Shown: positions 26,561 to 40,875, numbered from the stretch's first letter. The stretch is 64,000 bases of DNA from Octopus sinensis (GCF_006345805.1 NC_043001.1:2852001-2916000); one strand, 5' to 3'. Notes: a model not told the origin generated them from the letters alone. Made by a program: numbers and translations.

Positions 26561-27971
26561 AAGTGTGTGTGTGTGTGTTTTGTTAAATGATGTTTGCGTA
26601 AAAACCTTGTATTATGCTATGCAAAGCTCCTCTACCGCTACTGGCCACCAGATGCAATCTCTGCTTTGGGAATTCTTTCTCACACACAGCAAAATGGCAA
26701 TATGAGCGAATGAAGAATGCATAAAAAATATTTACCTGAAGAAACACATCTGATGCCTATGATGGATGGTGTTAGTTACACTAATATGTTCATTATATCC
26801 TTTTCTCTATTCTAGGCACAAGGACCAAAATTTTTGGGGAGGGTGCCGGTTGATGAGATTGATCCCAGTATGCAACTGGCACTTAATTTATTGACCCCGA
26901 AAGGATTAAAGGCAAAGTCAACCTTGGCAGAAGGCGGTGAGCTGGTAGAAACATTAGCATGCTGGGTGAAATGCTTAGTGGTATTTCGTCTGTGTTTACG
27001 TTTTGAGTTCCAATTCCGCCAAGGTCGATTTGCCTTTCATCCTTTTGGGGTCAATAAATTAAGTACCAGCTGTGTACTGGGGTCAATCAAATCAACCCCC
27101 CACCACCACTCTGCAAACATTTTGGGCCTTGTGCCTAGAGTAGAAAAGAATATATTGATTACATCATCTCCCCAATGTCCTACAAATAAATTATAAGTTG
27201 TAAAGCTCAAAAAGAAAATGGGACATACACAAAAACCTACAAATATGCTTCAATTCTAGTCCATAGCTGATATGCAATTTTAAGCATTTGGTTAGATGCT
27301 AAGAAAGGTATCATTTTTAACTATATAAGGCAGAACTTCTTCAGGGTTATTATGAGCTTATAGAACCAAGATTAACATTTTACTTTGAAGGATGCATGCA
27401 GAATATAATAAATTATTCATACATCCATCTTTCTCCATTTTCTTTATTTCAATATTAACAAGAGCACTCAGAGAGTGCAAACCTTCGCCAGGGCAACACC
27501 AGCGTCCTCTCAACGATTAGACAGGGATGATTTTTAAAACAAGGATATCTGAAATAAACTCCACTGCTCTCATAAACGAGAATACAAAAAATATGTGTGC
27601 ACACCTTTCAATGCTGTGTATGCCAGAAGGTTTGCAAATCTAACAAAGGCCTTAAAAGACATTTTAAGGTCCTCAAAGATCAGAACTTATCTGTAGCTCT
27701 TGGTGGTCCAAATCGGATATGCAATCTATGTGGGTGTCTTTTCAGAACATTGTCTGGTTTAAAATGATAGTTTTAAGGTGTAGGTATAGGATGTGGTCAA
27801 ACTCTGCATAAGGAGTAGACAACTACCATTATGTATAAGTGTGTGTGTGTGTGTATATATATTTACATATATTCATAAATGAGGGTGAAAAAGTAGATAT
27901 TAATTTAATAATACCATCAGTTTAACACCAAGTGGCTTAGCACATAAAAAACCAGGGAGACAATACAAATT

Positions 27972-28457
27972 TATACTTAAATATAAGAGAGTTACCGCTA
28001 AGTGGTTAACTCTAGTGCTAAAAATAGCTCCTTATTCTGGTATAGCCACCAAAGTTGTTTCCACCAAGAAATAACATTACCTTCAACCTAAGGAAAGTGA
28101 AATACAACGAAAAGATTGCTTCTTTATTTATTAATATAATATGTAATTATACTCACATATTTATCTATAAATCATCAGCGGCATTTGTCTTCGATACAAT
28201 TTATTACATCCTCACGAGCGTCAAATACCCATGCGGTCCAATCGATTGCATACATAGTTGTGATTCAGGTTCCCCGCCAAAAGCATGGTAAGACTTAGTG
28301 GAAACGAATACTATCTTTTCGTTGTATTTCACTTTCCTTAGGTTGAAGGTAATGTTATTTCTTGGTGGAAACAACTTTGGTGGCTATACCAGAATAAGGA
28401 GCTATTTTTAGCACTAGAGTTAACCACTTAGCGGTAACTCTCTTATATTTAAGTATA
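27972..28457. repeat. Perfect inverted repeat, 145 bp arms (27972-28116 / 28313-28457)
   Basis: Arms read as exact reverse complements; spacer is 196 bp and CpG-rich. Confidence 0.95.
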
Positions 28458-28473
28458 TTTATATATATATATA

Positions 28474-28605
28474 TTAGAAGAAATGAGGTACTCAGCAATC
28501 TGGATAGTTTTATATTTACAGATATTTATTAGTATGTACCTCATTTCTAATAAATATCTGTAAATATAAAGCCATCCAGATTTCTGAGAACCTCATTTTT
28601 TCTAA
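28474..28605. repeat. Fold-back hairpin, 59 bp imperfect arms (28474-28532 / 28547-28605)
   Basis: atctggatagttttatatttacagatatttattag versus ctaataaatatctgtaaatataaagccatccagat. Confidence 0.85.
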
Positions 28606-28635
28606 TATATAATACCTGTACATCATCGCCAAACC

Positions 28636-28690
<55 letters not shown>

Positions 28691-29303
28691 TTGTATATGT
28701 ATGTATGTCTGGTGATGGGTTATAGAATGTCTCCTCCTATTACTGGTTTGTCCTGTTCAAGGAGATCTTGCGTTAATAACAGCAGCAAAAGCAAAAGCAA
28801 CAATCTAATTGCAGGAAGATACAGTAAAGTCAGCCATGGCCCCTATCTTCTGTCATGTGACAGTATAATACATTGTAGATAATATGAACTGTCAACCTTT
28901 CAGTTGAAAGTTGATTGCTTTAATAATAATTCATAGATTGATTATGGCCGGTCCTCCTCCAGACCAAACCACATTGTTTTAAAAAATTAAAAGAGGAAAA
29001 TTTTATTAAAATGAATGACAGAAAGCGGAAGAGGAAGAAAGGGGGGAAAGAGGAAACTGCAGAGAAGTAGGTGAGACATTTAATGATGGCGGATTATTAG
29101 AGAAAGAAGGAAATGATATTTAACAATGGAGGGGAAATGAATGGCAGCAAAATAAAATGATTGTAAAATAGATAAATAAATAAATAGATATAAAGAAATA
29201 TATATATATATATTTGTATGTGTATGTGCGTGCACGTGTATTTATACATACATATACACATACACACACGCACGCATGCATGCACATGTTCACACACTCA
29301 CGC

Positions 29304-30078
29304 ACAGAGTGCGTGATGGTAAATTGCTGCTATTTTATATCTTTTATTTCATGCACGTGCATTGTTTGTTTTTGATTTTGTCAACTACACAGTATAGTAG
29401 GGTCAGTTGGGCACTATCTGTGAGAAAAAACAGCATCATGATACCATTTACTTAGCCAGAAATTTGGAAATGACATGCTGTACTGCTTGGCATTCATGTG
29501 GAAGCTCCAGTATGAAGCACTGGAAGCTCCAGTCTAAACCTCTGTGAATACAAACATGCACTGAGAATGATAAAAATCAAACATCCAGTCAACATCATGG
29601 TGTTTTAGAGTGATCACTAGTGACAGCAACGTTATGCCTCCATTCATCTTCTCACACTACCTCAGACTCAACATGGAGACCTACATGAAGTGCATGGAGG
29701 AGGTAATGCTGCCCTGGGGCAAGAGAGTGTCTACTGGAAGACTCTATGTCTGGTAACAGGACTCTGCACCATACAACACAAGCAGGGGAACCCAGTCAAT
29801 GCTGTCAGTCAATTTCTGTGACCTCATCACCCCTAACATCTGGTCACTTAACTCCCCACACTGCAACTCCCCTTGATTATTATATGTAGGATGCAGTTGA
29901 GTGAGAGGCCAACAAAACTCCCTTGTAACACCAAAGAAGAACTGAAGACAGCATTCACCAACTTAAACAAGGAGACCATCCAGAAGAGTTGCAGGAGATT
30001 CCAAAGTCGTCTGGAGGTTGTGTTTGAGTTTGAAGCTAATGGCGGCTTTATTGAATAAATTTACTCATCACACCCTGT

Positions 30079-30079
<1 letters not shown>
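29304..30079 (+). mobile_element. Internally deleted DD37D (maT-type) Tc1/mariner derivative
   Basis: W*QDSAP...NSPHCN.LDY with 37 residues between the aspartates after removing a 1 bp insertion; C-terminus FQSRLE...EANGGFIE*; TIR-like ends acagagtg... and ...caccctgta. Confidence 0.85.
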
Positions 30080-30109
<30 letters not shown>

Positions 30110-30399
30110 TACATATATATGATTGTATATATACATATACACACACATATATATACATCATATATATATACACGCATACATATATATATACATTCATAGA
30201 TACATATATACACACACATACATATACATACATACATACATACATACATACATACATACATACACACACATACATATACATACATACATACATACATACA
30301 CACACATATACATACATACATACATATTAATGCTTATTTTTATGCATGGTTAAAGGCTACATATCTAAAACTTCAAAGGAATCGTCAGCTTCTGCATTG

Positions 30400-30610
30400 T
30401 AAATATATGACAAGTAAAAGAGAACAAAGCACCACCTAGCATCAGCCAGAAGTGGTCGGAACTTTCTAGGCCATATCTGAAGGGAAACAGGAGAGGTAGA
30501 CTTGACTCGGTGGAAAAGAGAATCACTCTAAAAAATATTCAGGAGCTTTCCAGAACACAAAATGGGAAATTTCTGGATACTGCCCTCAATGGACACAAAC
30601 TTGTTTTGGA
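30400..30610 (+). mobile_element. Possible RTE-clade C-terminal remnant
   Basis: Fragments GNRRGR and AFQNTKWEISGYCPQWT resemble RTE ORF ends. Confidence 0.35.
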
Positions 30611-31489
30611 AATGTAGTCGTGTCCCCTTTTAGACTAAACAAGGATTCATACACAAATACTTCCCCCACAGCTTCCACCAATCCATGGAACATAGCCCTT
30701 TCTTTCTCCTGTAAGATATTTTTCAGTCGTTACACATTTTTACCATTACAAAAAAAAAAAATGATAAAGAAGAACAGAGTCTTTCAACTTAAAAGAGGCA
30801 ACACACTTTTAGCCAGCATGTCTGATGTGTCCTCCATATTGTCTGGTATAAATATTCGCTTTGAATCTAACAGTAACTTTCTGACCATTTATTTGCCATA
30901 ATCAGTAATATATTGCTTGGTAATATGAAAATATGACTACTCTAGCACTTATATTGAGTGCGCTTATATTTCAGTCTTATGGACAACTAACAAGTAAAGA
31001 AGGGCTGATTGTTTAATGTTGTTGGAACTTGTGAAGGAGGGTGATTCCCGAAGACATGAGATGAAGTGCTAAAGGCTGATCGGAGGCCCCTGATCCTTAC
31101 AGAGGAAATTACGGTTCTGTAACAGTTCTGTAATGTATCTTCTCATTTTGTAGAAAGAAAAACAGCAAAACAAAGGAAATATCTTCATTTATAGAAGATC
31201 AAAAATAAAATCACAGATGCAAGAAAGAAAAGAGAACACAATACAGCGAGAAAAGTATTGAAAAATAACCGTTAACAGATCTGGATGTACAAATGCCCTT
31301 GCGCAGGCTGCATGGTGCATGTACACTCACTCATACAAGCATCCAGGAAAACGTACGCATATGCACACACGTGGTTTGGTGCACTCACAATCCCAAAGGG
31401 AGTTATTTACTTGGTGTTTATAAGAATGGGGAGGTTAAAAGTAAACTCAAGTCATCCATACCTTAAATGAAATTAAGTTAACAGTTATT

Positions 31490-31700
31490 CAAATTCATTC
31501 CCACTGCATTGTGTGAAAGTACGTTTATATGTGTGAAGGCATCTTGAGAGTCTTCCAGAGATTCTGTTAATGATCTTCTCATTGGTCCACAGAATAGACA
31601 AGGATTTCTTGGAGCAGAGATGGCATCTCCTGGAAATGATATTGTATGGCTTCACATGCCTTATGATGGACCAAGTTTTATCAAGATTCAGATTCAGGTG
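31490..31700 (-). mobile_element. Penelope-like GIY-YIG C-terminal remnant
   Basis: WSIIRHVKPYNIISRRCHLCSKKSLSIL...RCLHTYK fits the PLE W.I....PY....RC.LC..EK..I...C.H motif. Confidence 0.75.
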
Positions 31701-32333
31701 TGGAAGTGTGGTGAAGATGTTTGCTTTAGTCCGCCAGCTTTGCATCTTGAGTAAGTGTCTTCTACCATAGTTCCAGATTGACCAAAACCTTTTGAGCAGA
31801 TGTGGTAGATGGAAACAGAAAGAAGCCTGTTGTATATGTGTATATGCTGATGTCTCCGCATCTTGGCGTTGCAAGATTGTTATAAATAAATGTCATTCTT
31901 TTGCAATATTCTGCAAGAACGTAACTCCCCATGGGGAAATATTATCTTTGCTAGAGAAACGGGATGATGGTTGGTGACAGCGAGGTCATCCAGCAGCAGA
32001 AATTCTGCCTCAATCAACTCCTTTCATCCCATCCAAATAAAGAAAAGAGGATGGGAAAATGATCATGACGATGATGATGATGGTAATAATGATATATAAA
32101 ATATGATTAGTGTAGACTTTGACGGACTGCAATTCAAATGAGGACCCAATACGCACATTATGGAGACTGTATGCATGCATTCATCTACATCTGTATCTGT
32201 TTCTCAATCTAATACTCTGCCTGTCTGTTTGTCTCTGTCTTTCTGTCTGTCTGCCTGTATCTGAGTCTGTTTATGAGAATGTGTGTATGTTTGTATATGT
32301 ATATCCATATATATATATATATATAAAATAGAG

Positions 32334-32374
<41 letters not shown>

Positions 32375-32625
32375 GGGAATGTTGGTGGTGTGGGGCAATG
32401 GGTTGGTAATGTCCAACCTGTCAATTCTCGCAGACCTCATAAGATATGTGTCAAAATGGTAGCAGAAAATTGTTCATAAGCTAGACAGAATAGATAAGTT
32501 TCTTATTTTGTCTTTTTCAAGAATACAAAAAGTAAATAGACTTGGTTGGTTTGTTTAATTACCTTCTCGTTATTATTCTTTGTATGATTTACGCCCCCCA
32601 CCCATTTCCGTCTATTCTTCATTTA

Positions 32626-32668
<43 letters not shown>

Positions 32669-32999
32669 TTGTGCTGTCTCTTCCTCTTTTCTTTTTTCTT
32701 CAGTGTAGATTTTAAGTTCAAGACAAGACACCAAAATTTGTTGCCAAGGAACGTGGATATTAGGCTAACAATTCCAAAGTCATGGATTCAATTTCAGCAT
32801 TAGTTTGTGTGTTAAGTCCTTGAGCAAGACACTTCATCTCATACTCTTCCAGTCTACACATCTCTAAATGGGGACCAGCAATTAGCTGGGATAGACAGCC
32901 TTCCACCAGCAGCCACATCATGGATATCCTGTTCCAGAGACCTGAAGTGGGTCTCTGTTCACTTGTGACTAAATAACTTTCCTGATTATAGTCACCAGT

Positions 33000-33345
33000 A
33001 AACATAGACATCCTTTCGATCTCTTGTGACTAATGACTATGTGCGTACCTTGAGAAGAGAGTGGAGTGAACAATGTGATATCAGAGGACCAAAAGCACAA
33101 GTTCCACTTGACCAGATATGTCACAAGGTTCACAGATAACAGGTGGAAACATGCAATTGCTGAGTGGTATCCAAGACATAGCAAAAAGCCACTTGGAAGG
33201 CCTCCACGATGACGGGAAGATGGTTTAGTCAAGAAATTTGTATCAAGGTGGGAAAGAATAGCACAATCAAGACTTGATTGGAAGCACATTGTGACCAGTG
33301 GTGTATAACAGCATCTGATAGTCTGGTCGATGCTGTTATGCTGTA
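33000..33345 (+). mobile_element. RTE-clade LINE 3' fragment
   Basis: RYVTRFTDNRWKHAIAEWYPRHSKKPLGRPPR*...WERIAQSR..W. Confidence 0.8.
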
Positions 33346-34721
33346 ATATCATCATCATCATCATCATAATTATTATCACTTAATGTCCGCTTTCCATGGT
33401 GGCATGGGTTGGACGGTTCGACTGAGGACTGGCAAACCAGAGGGCTGCACCAGGCTCAAAACTGATCTGCCAAGGTTTCTATAGCTAGATACCCTTGCTA
33501 ATGCCAAGAGTGTAGTGGGTGCTTTTTATGGGCCACCGGTATGGGAGCCAGTCAGGTGGCACTAGTATCGACCACGCTCAAATGGTACATTTTACATGCC
33601 ACCAACACTGGTGTACCTAAACAACTAGTGACACCATTGTAGAATCTACCTAGCTGTACCAGTTGGTGAGTGTTGGCCAGGCGTAATTTGAACCCGGTTT
33701 TCTTTTTCTTTGTGTGTGTATGGGGGGAAGAGGGTAGATTTCAACCCCCACCCCAGTTGCTCCAACTTTCTCTTTCGTGATGAGAGTAGCCACGGCTAAA
33801 ATTGCCAATTGTATTAAAATTTGAAAATATGAATCTATTAGTTTCAAATTCTGGCCCTTGGTCTTCAATTATAGGTCAGCAGGGGTGGTGGGGTGGGGTG
33901 GGCGTGCTCAGCCGATATTCATCATTTTATTAAACCTGAAAGGATGAAAAGCAAAGTCCACCTTAATGGAATTTGAACTTAGTATGTAAAAACGGACAAA
34001 ATGTCACCAAACATTTTGCTATACTATGGTGAGGGTTTGGAGCAGATTTTTTTTTTTTTGGTAGGAGGTGGGCACAGCTGGGTGCGAGGTGGAGGTGAAG
34101 GTGTGTGGGAGGGATTGTATGCATACAAGCTTAAAGAACATGAGAAACGATGCTGTTGAGTTTTTAGCAAAGAAATAATGCACAGGCATTATCGTTGTCA
34201 TCATCATCATCGCCATTGTCATTGTCATCATTTAACATTCATGTGCCATGCTGTTGGACGGTTTGACCAGATCCATTAGGTCCAAGGCATTGGGTCCAAT
34301 TGTGCACTTTGGCATGGTACCTAAAGCTGGATGCCTTCCTATAGAGTGTATTGGATACTTTTTCAAGGCACCAGTGCAAGTAAGACCACAATAATTTTGA
34401 ATGCAGCTACAGTCACTAGCGTAGCTAGAGTGCATGTTGCCCAGAGTGGCCCTTCCGTTTGCCATCCCCAGACCCCACAGAAACACATATACAGAATACT
34501 CAAAAGTGGTGCCTAGGGCAGACTGTCTCTACCATGCCCTGCTACTCTAGAGGCCACACTGGGGGGAGGGGGGAGGTTTCTCTGTTCTCGGTGATGCCTC
34601 AAAGAAGAAGCCAGAAAGAACATGTTTCTTGCTGTCGAAGAGTTAATTAATATTAAATATTGTTATCATAGCAAATTTCCAATGAATAAAAATTATATTT
34701 GCATTTAAATTAATTTACATT

Positions 34722-35135
34722 GGTGCAGGCATGACTGTGTGGTGAGACATTTGCTTCCTAACCAGATGGTTCTGGGTTCAGTCCCACTGTGTGGCACCTT
34801 GGGCAAGTGTTTTCTACTATAACCTCAGGCGACCAAAAGCCTTGCGAATGGATTTGGTAGACGGAAACTGAAAGAAGCCTGTTGAGTATATGTATGTGTG
34901 CGTGTGTATGGGGTGTTTGTGTTTGTGTTTGTTCCCCATTTCATTGCTTGACAACCGGTGTTGGTGTGTTTATATCCTTGTAACCTAGCAGTTTGCTAAA
35001 AGAGACTGATAGAATAAGCATCAAGCTTATCAAGCAGTATAATGTACTATGTTTGATTTGTTCAACTATAAATCCTCCATAGTGGTGCTCCAGCATGGCC
35101 ACAGTCTAAAGACTAAAATAAGTAAGAAAGAAAAG
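34722..35135 (+). mobile_element. SINE type A, full length
   Basis: ggtgcaggcatgactgtgtggtgag head through gtgctccagcatggccacagtc tail. Confidence 0.85.
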
Positions 35136-36117
35136 AAAAAAATTATATTCTAGTGATGTACCTGTATACCAATGTACTTCTAAGTAACATGGATTAAGAT
35201 TATCCATATCACCCAGTGACATGGATACAGAAAATCAGTGGATTAAGAAACCTGGTGACTGGTGGTATTTAACTGTGTCAATTTTAGATTTCGAATTCAG
35301 ATCCAAACAGCATTTGTCGTTCATTCTTCTGGGGTCAATAAAATATTTATTAGTCAAATATTGGGAAAGACTTAATCGACTCAACGCCTTCTTCTTCACA
35401 ATTTGTCACATTGTGCCAAAGTTGAAAAATCAATAATTCTATATTCAAATGATGTCAAATAAAAGACTCTTCCTCCGAAGAGAGGAAATCAAATAGTCTG
35501 CATAGAAATAGCGAAATACTGAAATATTGGAATCAGTTATTGCTTTGAGGCAGGAGCAAATATGTATTTAATCTAATGAAAATATTGAATCTATCGTTAA
35601 ATAGGGATACTTCTGCTTAATGGTGGGTGGTCACAGGAATGGCAGTGTGGTGAAGAATTTCTCTTAGCAATCACATGGTTAGGTGTTCGATCCAATTAGG
35701 TGTTTGATCCAATTTTTACAATAGACTTGATTTGGACAAAATCTTGTCTGTGGAATTTGATAGATGGAAGCAGTATAAAAATCTGTTGTATTTATAATTA
35801 CAACCCTTATTTAGAAGCAAACAGGTTTTTTGTTTTTTCTTTCATCTTTTAATCAGGGAAGACAACACTGGTCTTGACCCTCTGTGGTGCCTCTGAAAAT
35901 TGGTGGGAGAAAGATATACTAAAAGCAAAGACCAAATAAATTCAACAAACTGAATCGCATTAAAGACACCTGAAGGGCAAGGTAAGGAGCAATGAATTAA
36001 GTAGACCATCCATGTAGGCCATGGTAGGATTGGAACTTGGAATAAAATCACATAAAATGCATGCCACGTGGGTTTTGGTCAAAGGGTTACCAATATCACA
36101 GTCAATATTCCCATATT

Positions 36118-36348
36118 GAAGGGCGATGAGCTGGCAGAATTGTTAGTATGCCAGGCGAAATACTTAGCAGTATTTCATCTGCCATTATGTTCTGAGTTCA
36201 AATTCCACCGGGGTTGACTTTGCTTTTCATTCTTTCAAGGTCGATTAAATAAGTACCAGTTATCCACTGAGGTCGATGTAATTGACTTAATCCCTTTGTC
36301 TCTCTTTGTTTGTCCCCTCTATGTTTAATCCCCTGTGGGTAACAAAAA
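36118..36348 (+). mobile_element. SINE type K
   Basis: aagggcgatgagctggcagaattgttag head; matches 3270-3500. Confidence 0.85.
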
Positions 36349-37279
36349 AATAAATATTCATATATTGATGTAAAATCACAAAGGTTTTTGTAGAGTTAAG
36401 GAATGGTAGTATATTAATGTTGTTGTCTGAATTGATATTTTAGGAATGAGGAACTATGGTGAAGAAGAAATTGTCAAGATTTTACTTCAGAACCAAGAAG
36501 TTGGTGCTTTAGTTGTCTCACCATCTAGTTTAATATTCTGCAATTTTTCTGGTGTATTTATATAAAGGTACAAAAACACTGCTTTGGAATGTGCTGTAAA
36601 ACCTTTTAAAGACATTAATAACAAAAAGCAATCCAAAACCAAACCAAATATTTATGACAAGCAATCAAGAGCAAGTCATGAACTCCACATGTTGAAGTCT
36701 TACTGCTTCTTCCCAAACGTACAATGATTTCTTTTCTGTGAAGGTGTTGTACTTCTCTGAGCCAGAAAAAAATATATTTGTCTTTTTTTTTTACCACACA
36801 CACACACACATACATTTTACCATATATTGTTCCATACTTGAGTCAGCAAAAAGTGAAAGGTTGATATTTTTTTTATCATTCACAGTTTGATTATACAAAG
36901 TGAAATATTGTTAAGGAACGTGTACCCCCCTCCCCCTTCTCCTCATCTAATTGTTGTTTGTTATTTTTGTTACGGATGTTTAGATTTAACCCATCCCTGA
37001 CCAAGCAGACCTCTCACAGAATAATTCTAGGATTTCATTATCCATTTTGCTTTCCCTATTATTAAAAGCATAAGGTGCAACTGAAACTGATTTGGCTGTT
37101 ATTTCTAGCCTGTTGAACAATCACTTACAGGCTCCCTTACTTCGCAATGGCCAGTGTCTGATAAATACTTCTTAATGTTGTTATGGAGCATGAGGTCAGC
37201 CTTGATTAAGTCAAAATTGTTCCAGAATGGCAACATTGACCAGTCACAATATGTCTTGGATGCCAATGATGATATACTC

Positions 37280-37677
37280 TTTACATTTTTACTTGTTTCA
37301 GTCATTTAACTGCGACCATGCTGGAGCACTGCCTTTAGTTGAGCAAATCAACCCCAGGACTTATTCTTTGTAAGCCTAGTACTTATTCTATTGGTCTCTT
37401 TTGCCGAACCACTAAGTGATGGGGACGTAAACATACCAGCATCGGTTGTCAAGCGATGTTAGTGGGGACAAACACAGACACACAAACACACTCACACACA
37501 TATATACATATATACAACAGGCTTCAATCAGTTTCCGTCTACCAAATCCACTCACAAGGCTTTGGTCGGCCCGAGGCTATATTAGAAGATATTTGTCCAA
37601 GGTGCCATGCATAGGACTGAACCCGGAACGATGTGGTTGGTAAGCAAGCTACTTAACACACAGCCACTCCTACGCCT
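37280..37677 (-). mobile_element. SINE type A, full length
   Basis: Matches 6462-6868. Confidence 0.9.
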
Positions 37678-37684
37678 ACTGTCA

Positions 37685-37985
37685 CTTAATGATTAGAGTA
37701 TTCGGTTCATAATTCAATCATAAGGTTGTGAGTTCGAATTCTGGGGATGCATTGTAACCTTGAGCAAGGTACTTTATTCCATGTTGCTCCGAAATTGAGT
37801 TCTACCTGTAATTCAACCAGGGAGGGCAACCTTGTCACATTTTGTGCCATGTTGAATGTCCTTAAGAACTATTTTAAGGATACATATGTCTGTGGAGTAC
37901 TCAGCCACTTGCACGTTAATTTCACAAGTAGGCTGTTCCATTGATTGAATCAACTGGAGTCTTCCTCGTTATAACTGACGGAGGG
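37685..37985 (+). mobile_element. tRNA-derived SINE (further family)
   Basis: ggttgtgagttcgaattc box-B-like motif followed by ccttgagcaaggtactttatt; body distinct from types A, B and K. Confidence 0.6.
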
Positions 37986-38879
37986 TTAATTATCCAAGAC
38001 TCCAGTATTTTGGGTGTTCTTCATGCTTTCAAGATAGCAGAGTGTAAATGAAAGACACTTGGCAGGTAGAGTACCTGAGAATGGTACCACTACTTTACTG
38101 AAGAGAAGAATTTCTATTTTGAGGAAGAAAAGTTCAAAACTTCAACAAATTCAGCCCACAATTTGATATTGATTCCTTGTTATAACTCTTTCTTTTCCTT
38201 TCTGCTATTAATGTCTCTGGCAGTATTCTTGCCCATTCTCCAATCCATTTATCTTCCCTTATATATCCATTACATTTCGCCTGGCAGAGAAATAGTAGAG
38301 CATTAAACATAATGCTTGAAAGAATTTAGCCATCTCCTTCTTGTTCTCGATTCAAATGTTGACAGACATTTTCCTTCTTTTCTCTGTTTTTCTGTTCCTT
38401 TCCATTCCTAAGAGAACATTTAAATCAACATTAGTAACACACTAGTATCAAATCATTTGATTACATTCTACCTCCCTAAAATCTCTGAAGAAAAACAGTT
38501 GTGGCAGGGTTTTTCAGAATTTATTTTTGTTTATCAAATTTCTGGATTAAAATTGAGTTGTCATTCACTCTCATTCTTCCATGATTCATAAAAAAAAGAA
38601 CAACTCAATTAGCTTCACTTGCTTGACCACCTCTCTCTACTAACGTTGCTCAATGCAGAAAAAGGTCTTCTGGCCATTGTTATCATGCTGAACACCAGGT
38701 CATATCAGATATTATATTTTAGATATCTCCACTTCTAACAATGAAAAACAAACACACAGCTGCAATAGCGTTATTGGCTGAAACACAATTGATGAAACCA
38801 AGGAGCTACCAACAGTAATGGAGGACAAATTCTTAGATGTGATTGGTTGAAATGCATTCTGGTGGTGGCTACTTGAAGA

Positions 38880-39099
38880 TCTACTTTCTGCCTGTGATCA
38901 GAGATGCACGTATTGTCAGCCACTAAGGGACATGGTCAACTGTTTAAGGTCAAACAACTGACAAGCAAATCTGTGGTATTGAGCAGAATATTTGCTGTAG
39001 CTCATCTTTTAAACCAAGACAAAACAATGTACATGATAACACTTCCAATCAGTTAAGATCAGAAGCCATGAGAGCCACTGCCTGGTACTGCATCAGGAC

Positions 39100-39100
<1 letters not shown>
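38880..39100 (+). mobile_element. Retroposon 3' end with (TTA)n tail; homologous to ~54500-54720 (-)
   Basis: gtgatcagagatgcac.tat.gtcagccactaagggacatg and aagcaaatctgtggtattgagcagaatatttgctg are shared between the two loci. Confidence 0.75.
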
Positions 39101-39103
<3 letters not shown>

Positions 39104-39189
<86 letters not shown>

Positions 39190-39191
39190 CA

Positions 39192-39226
<35 letters not shown>

Positions 39227-39272
39227 GCTATTATTGTTATTGTTGTTGTTGTTATTATTATCATTATTATTA
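39104..39272. repeat. (TTA)n microsatellite
   Basis: Directly visible. Confidence 0.95.
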
Positions 39273-39723
39273 TTCAGGTCACTGCCTGGAATTGAACTCG
39301 GAATCTTGGGGCTAGTAGCCAGTACTCTTAACCACTATACCATATACCCGTGGGCATATATCACCAAAGGTCTTGGTCACCTGTCACTACCTGCATCAGG
39401 CCCAACACTCAAACAGTGCTTATTATGTGGCCACCACCGGCACAGGTGCCAGTCAGATGGCGCTGGTATCGGACATGACTATGATTTTTACTTGGTTCAA
39501 CAAGTCTTCACAATCACAGCAGACGACGACCATGATGACAATGACAATGATGATGATGATGATGATGATGATGAGTGCAAATGCATGAGACTCTCTGGCC
39601 GTGAGTCACCCTGAAACTTTTTACTGATTAAATAAAAGAAACACAGGTGACTAAACACAAGGCATCTGCTACACGACAGACAACGACAGACATGTAACCA
39701 AAACATTGAATTCCTCATAGTTT

Positions 39724-39760
<37 letters not shown>

Positions 39761-40024
39761 CCAATAACATCAAATGCCTCCATCACAACCAGAACCACCA
39801 CAAACGACAACAACAACAACAACAGCAGCAGCAGCAAAAAATTAAAAATATCCTCGTTGTCATCGTGGTGGTGCTGGTGGTGGTAGCCTTCTGGCTCTGG
39901 TCACCATTTCTGTTGTCGTCATCATCATAGCAGAAACATAATAGTTATTTTAGAACTAATCTTATTATATAATAATAATAACAACAATAACAATAATAAT
40001 AATAATAATAATAGTAATAATAAC

Positions 40025-40074
<50 letters not shown>

Positions 40075-40875
40075 TAATAATAATAATAATAATGATAATA
40101 ATAATAATAATAATGCTATTATATATTTAGTGAAAACAGCTAACTGAAGTGTTTTTGGTAGAATTTATAGGAAACTAAAGTTGATTCCAAATATATTACA
40201 CTTCAGAACTTGGATGTGTGTGTGTGTGTGTGTACTTGTGTGTGTGTGCTTGTGTGTGTGTGTGTGGGTGTATATGTGTATATACATATTTGCATATATA
40301 TAGGTGAGTATATGTGTGTATGTATGTGTGTGTATATATGTGTGTGTGTATATATATATTATGTATGTATGTAAGTATGTATGAGTGTGTCTCTAGCTGG
40401 TGGTAGTAAGTATATCATCGTCAGGAGAATTAGAGCCAGACAAATGATGGCACTAGCAGAGTGGCTGGAAACATGACATCTGATTGGCACATAGATTGAT
40501 GAAACAAACAAGAGTTCTTTACCATTTGTGGCAGAAATGACACGAAAACAAACCTAAAAAAACAAAAAAACAAAGAAAAAAGAGGGAGCGGGGGAGGGAC
40601 AGGGTGGTGGAAGAGAGAATCAGAGAGAAAGAGCAAGAGAGAGAGAGAGAGAGAAGGGAGAGGGAGAAGGAGAAAGGAAAATAAATGTATTTACTGTAAG
40701 TATAAATAGAAACAGGATGGTAGTTTTTTTTATAAAAAATCTTTATATTTCTCTGTTTTTGTTTTGTTACCGCTTATTCATCATCTATCTATCAATCTAT
40801 GTATACACACACACACAATTATATAGATGGATATGTATGTGTGTGCATGCGTGCGTATGCATAGGTGTATATATG

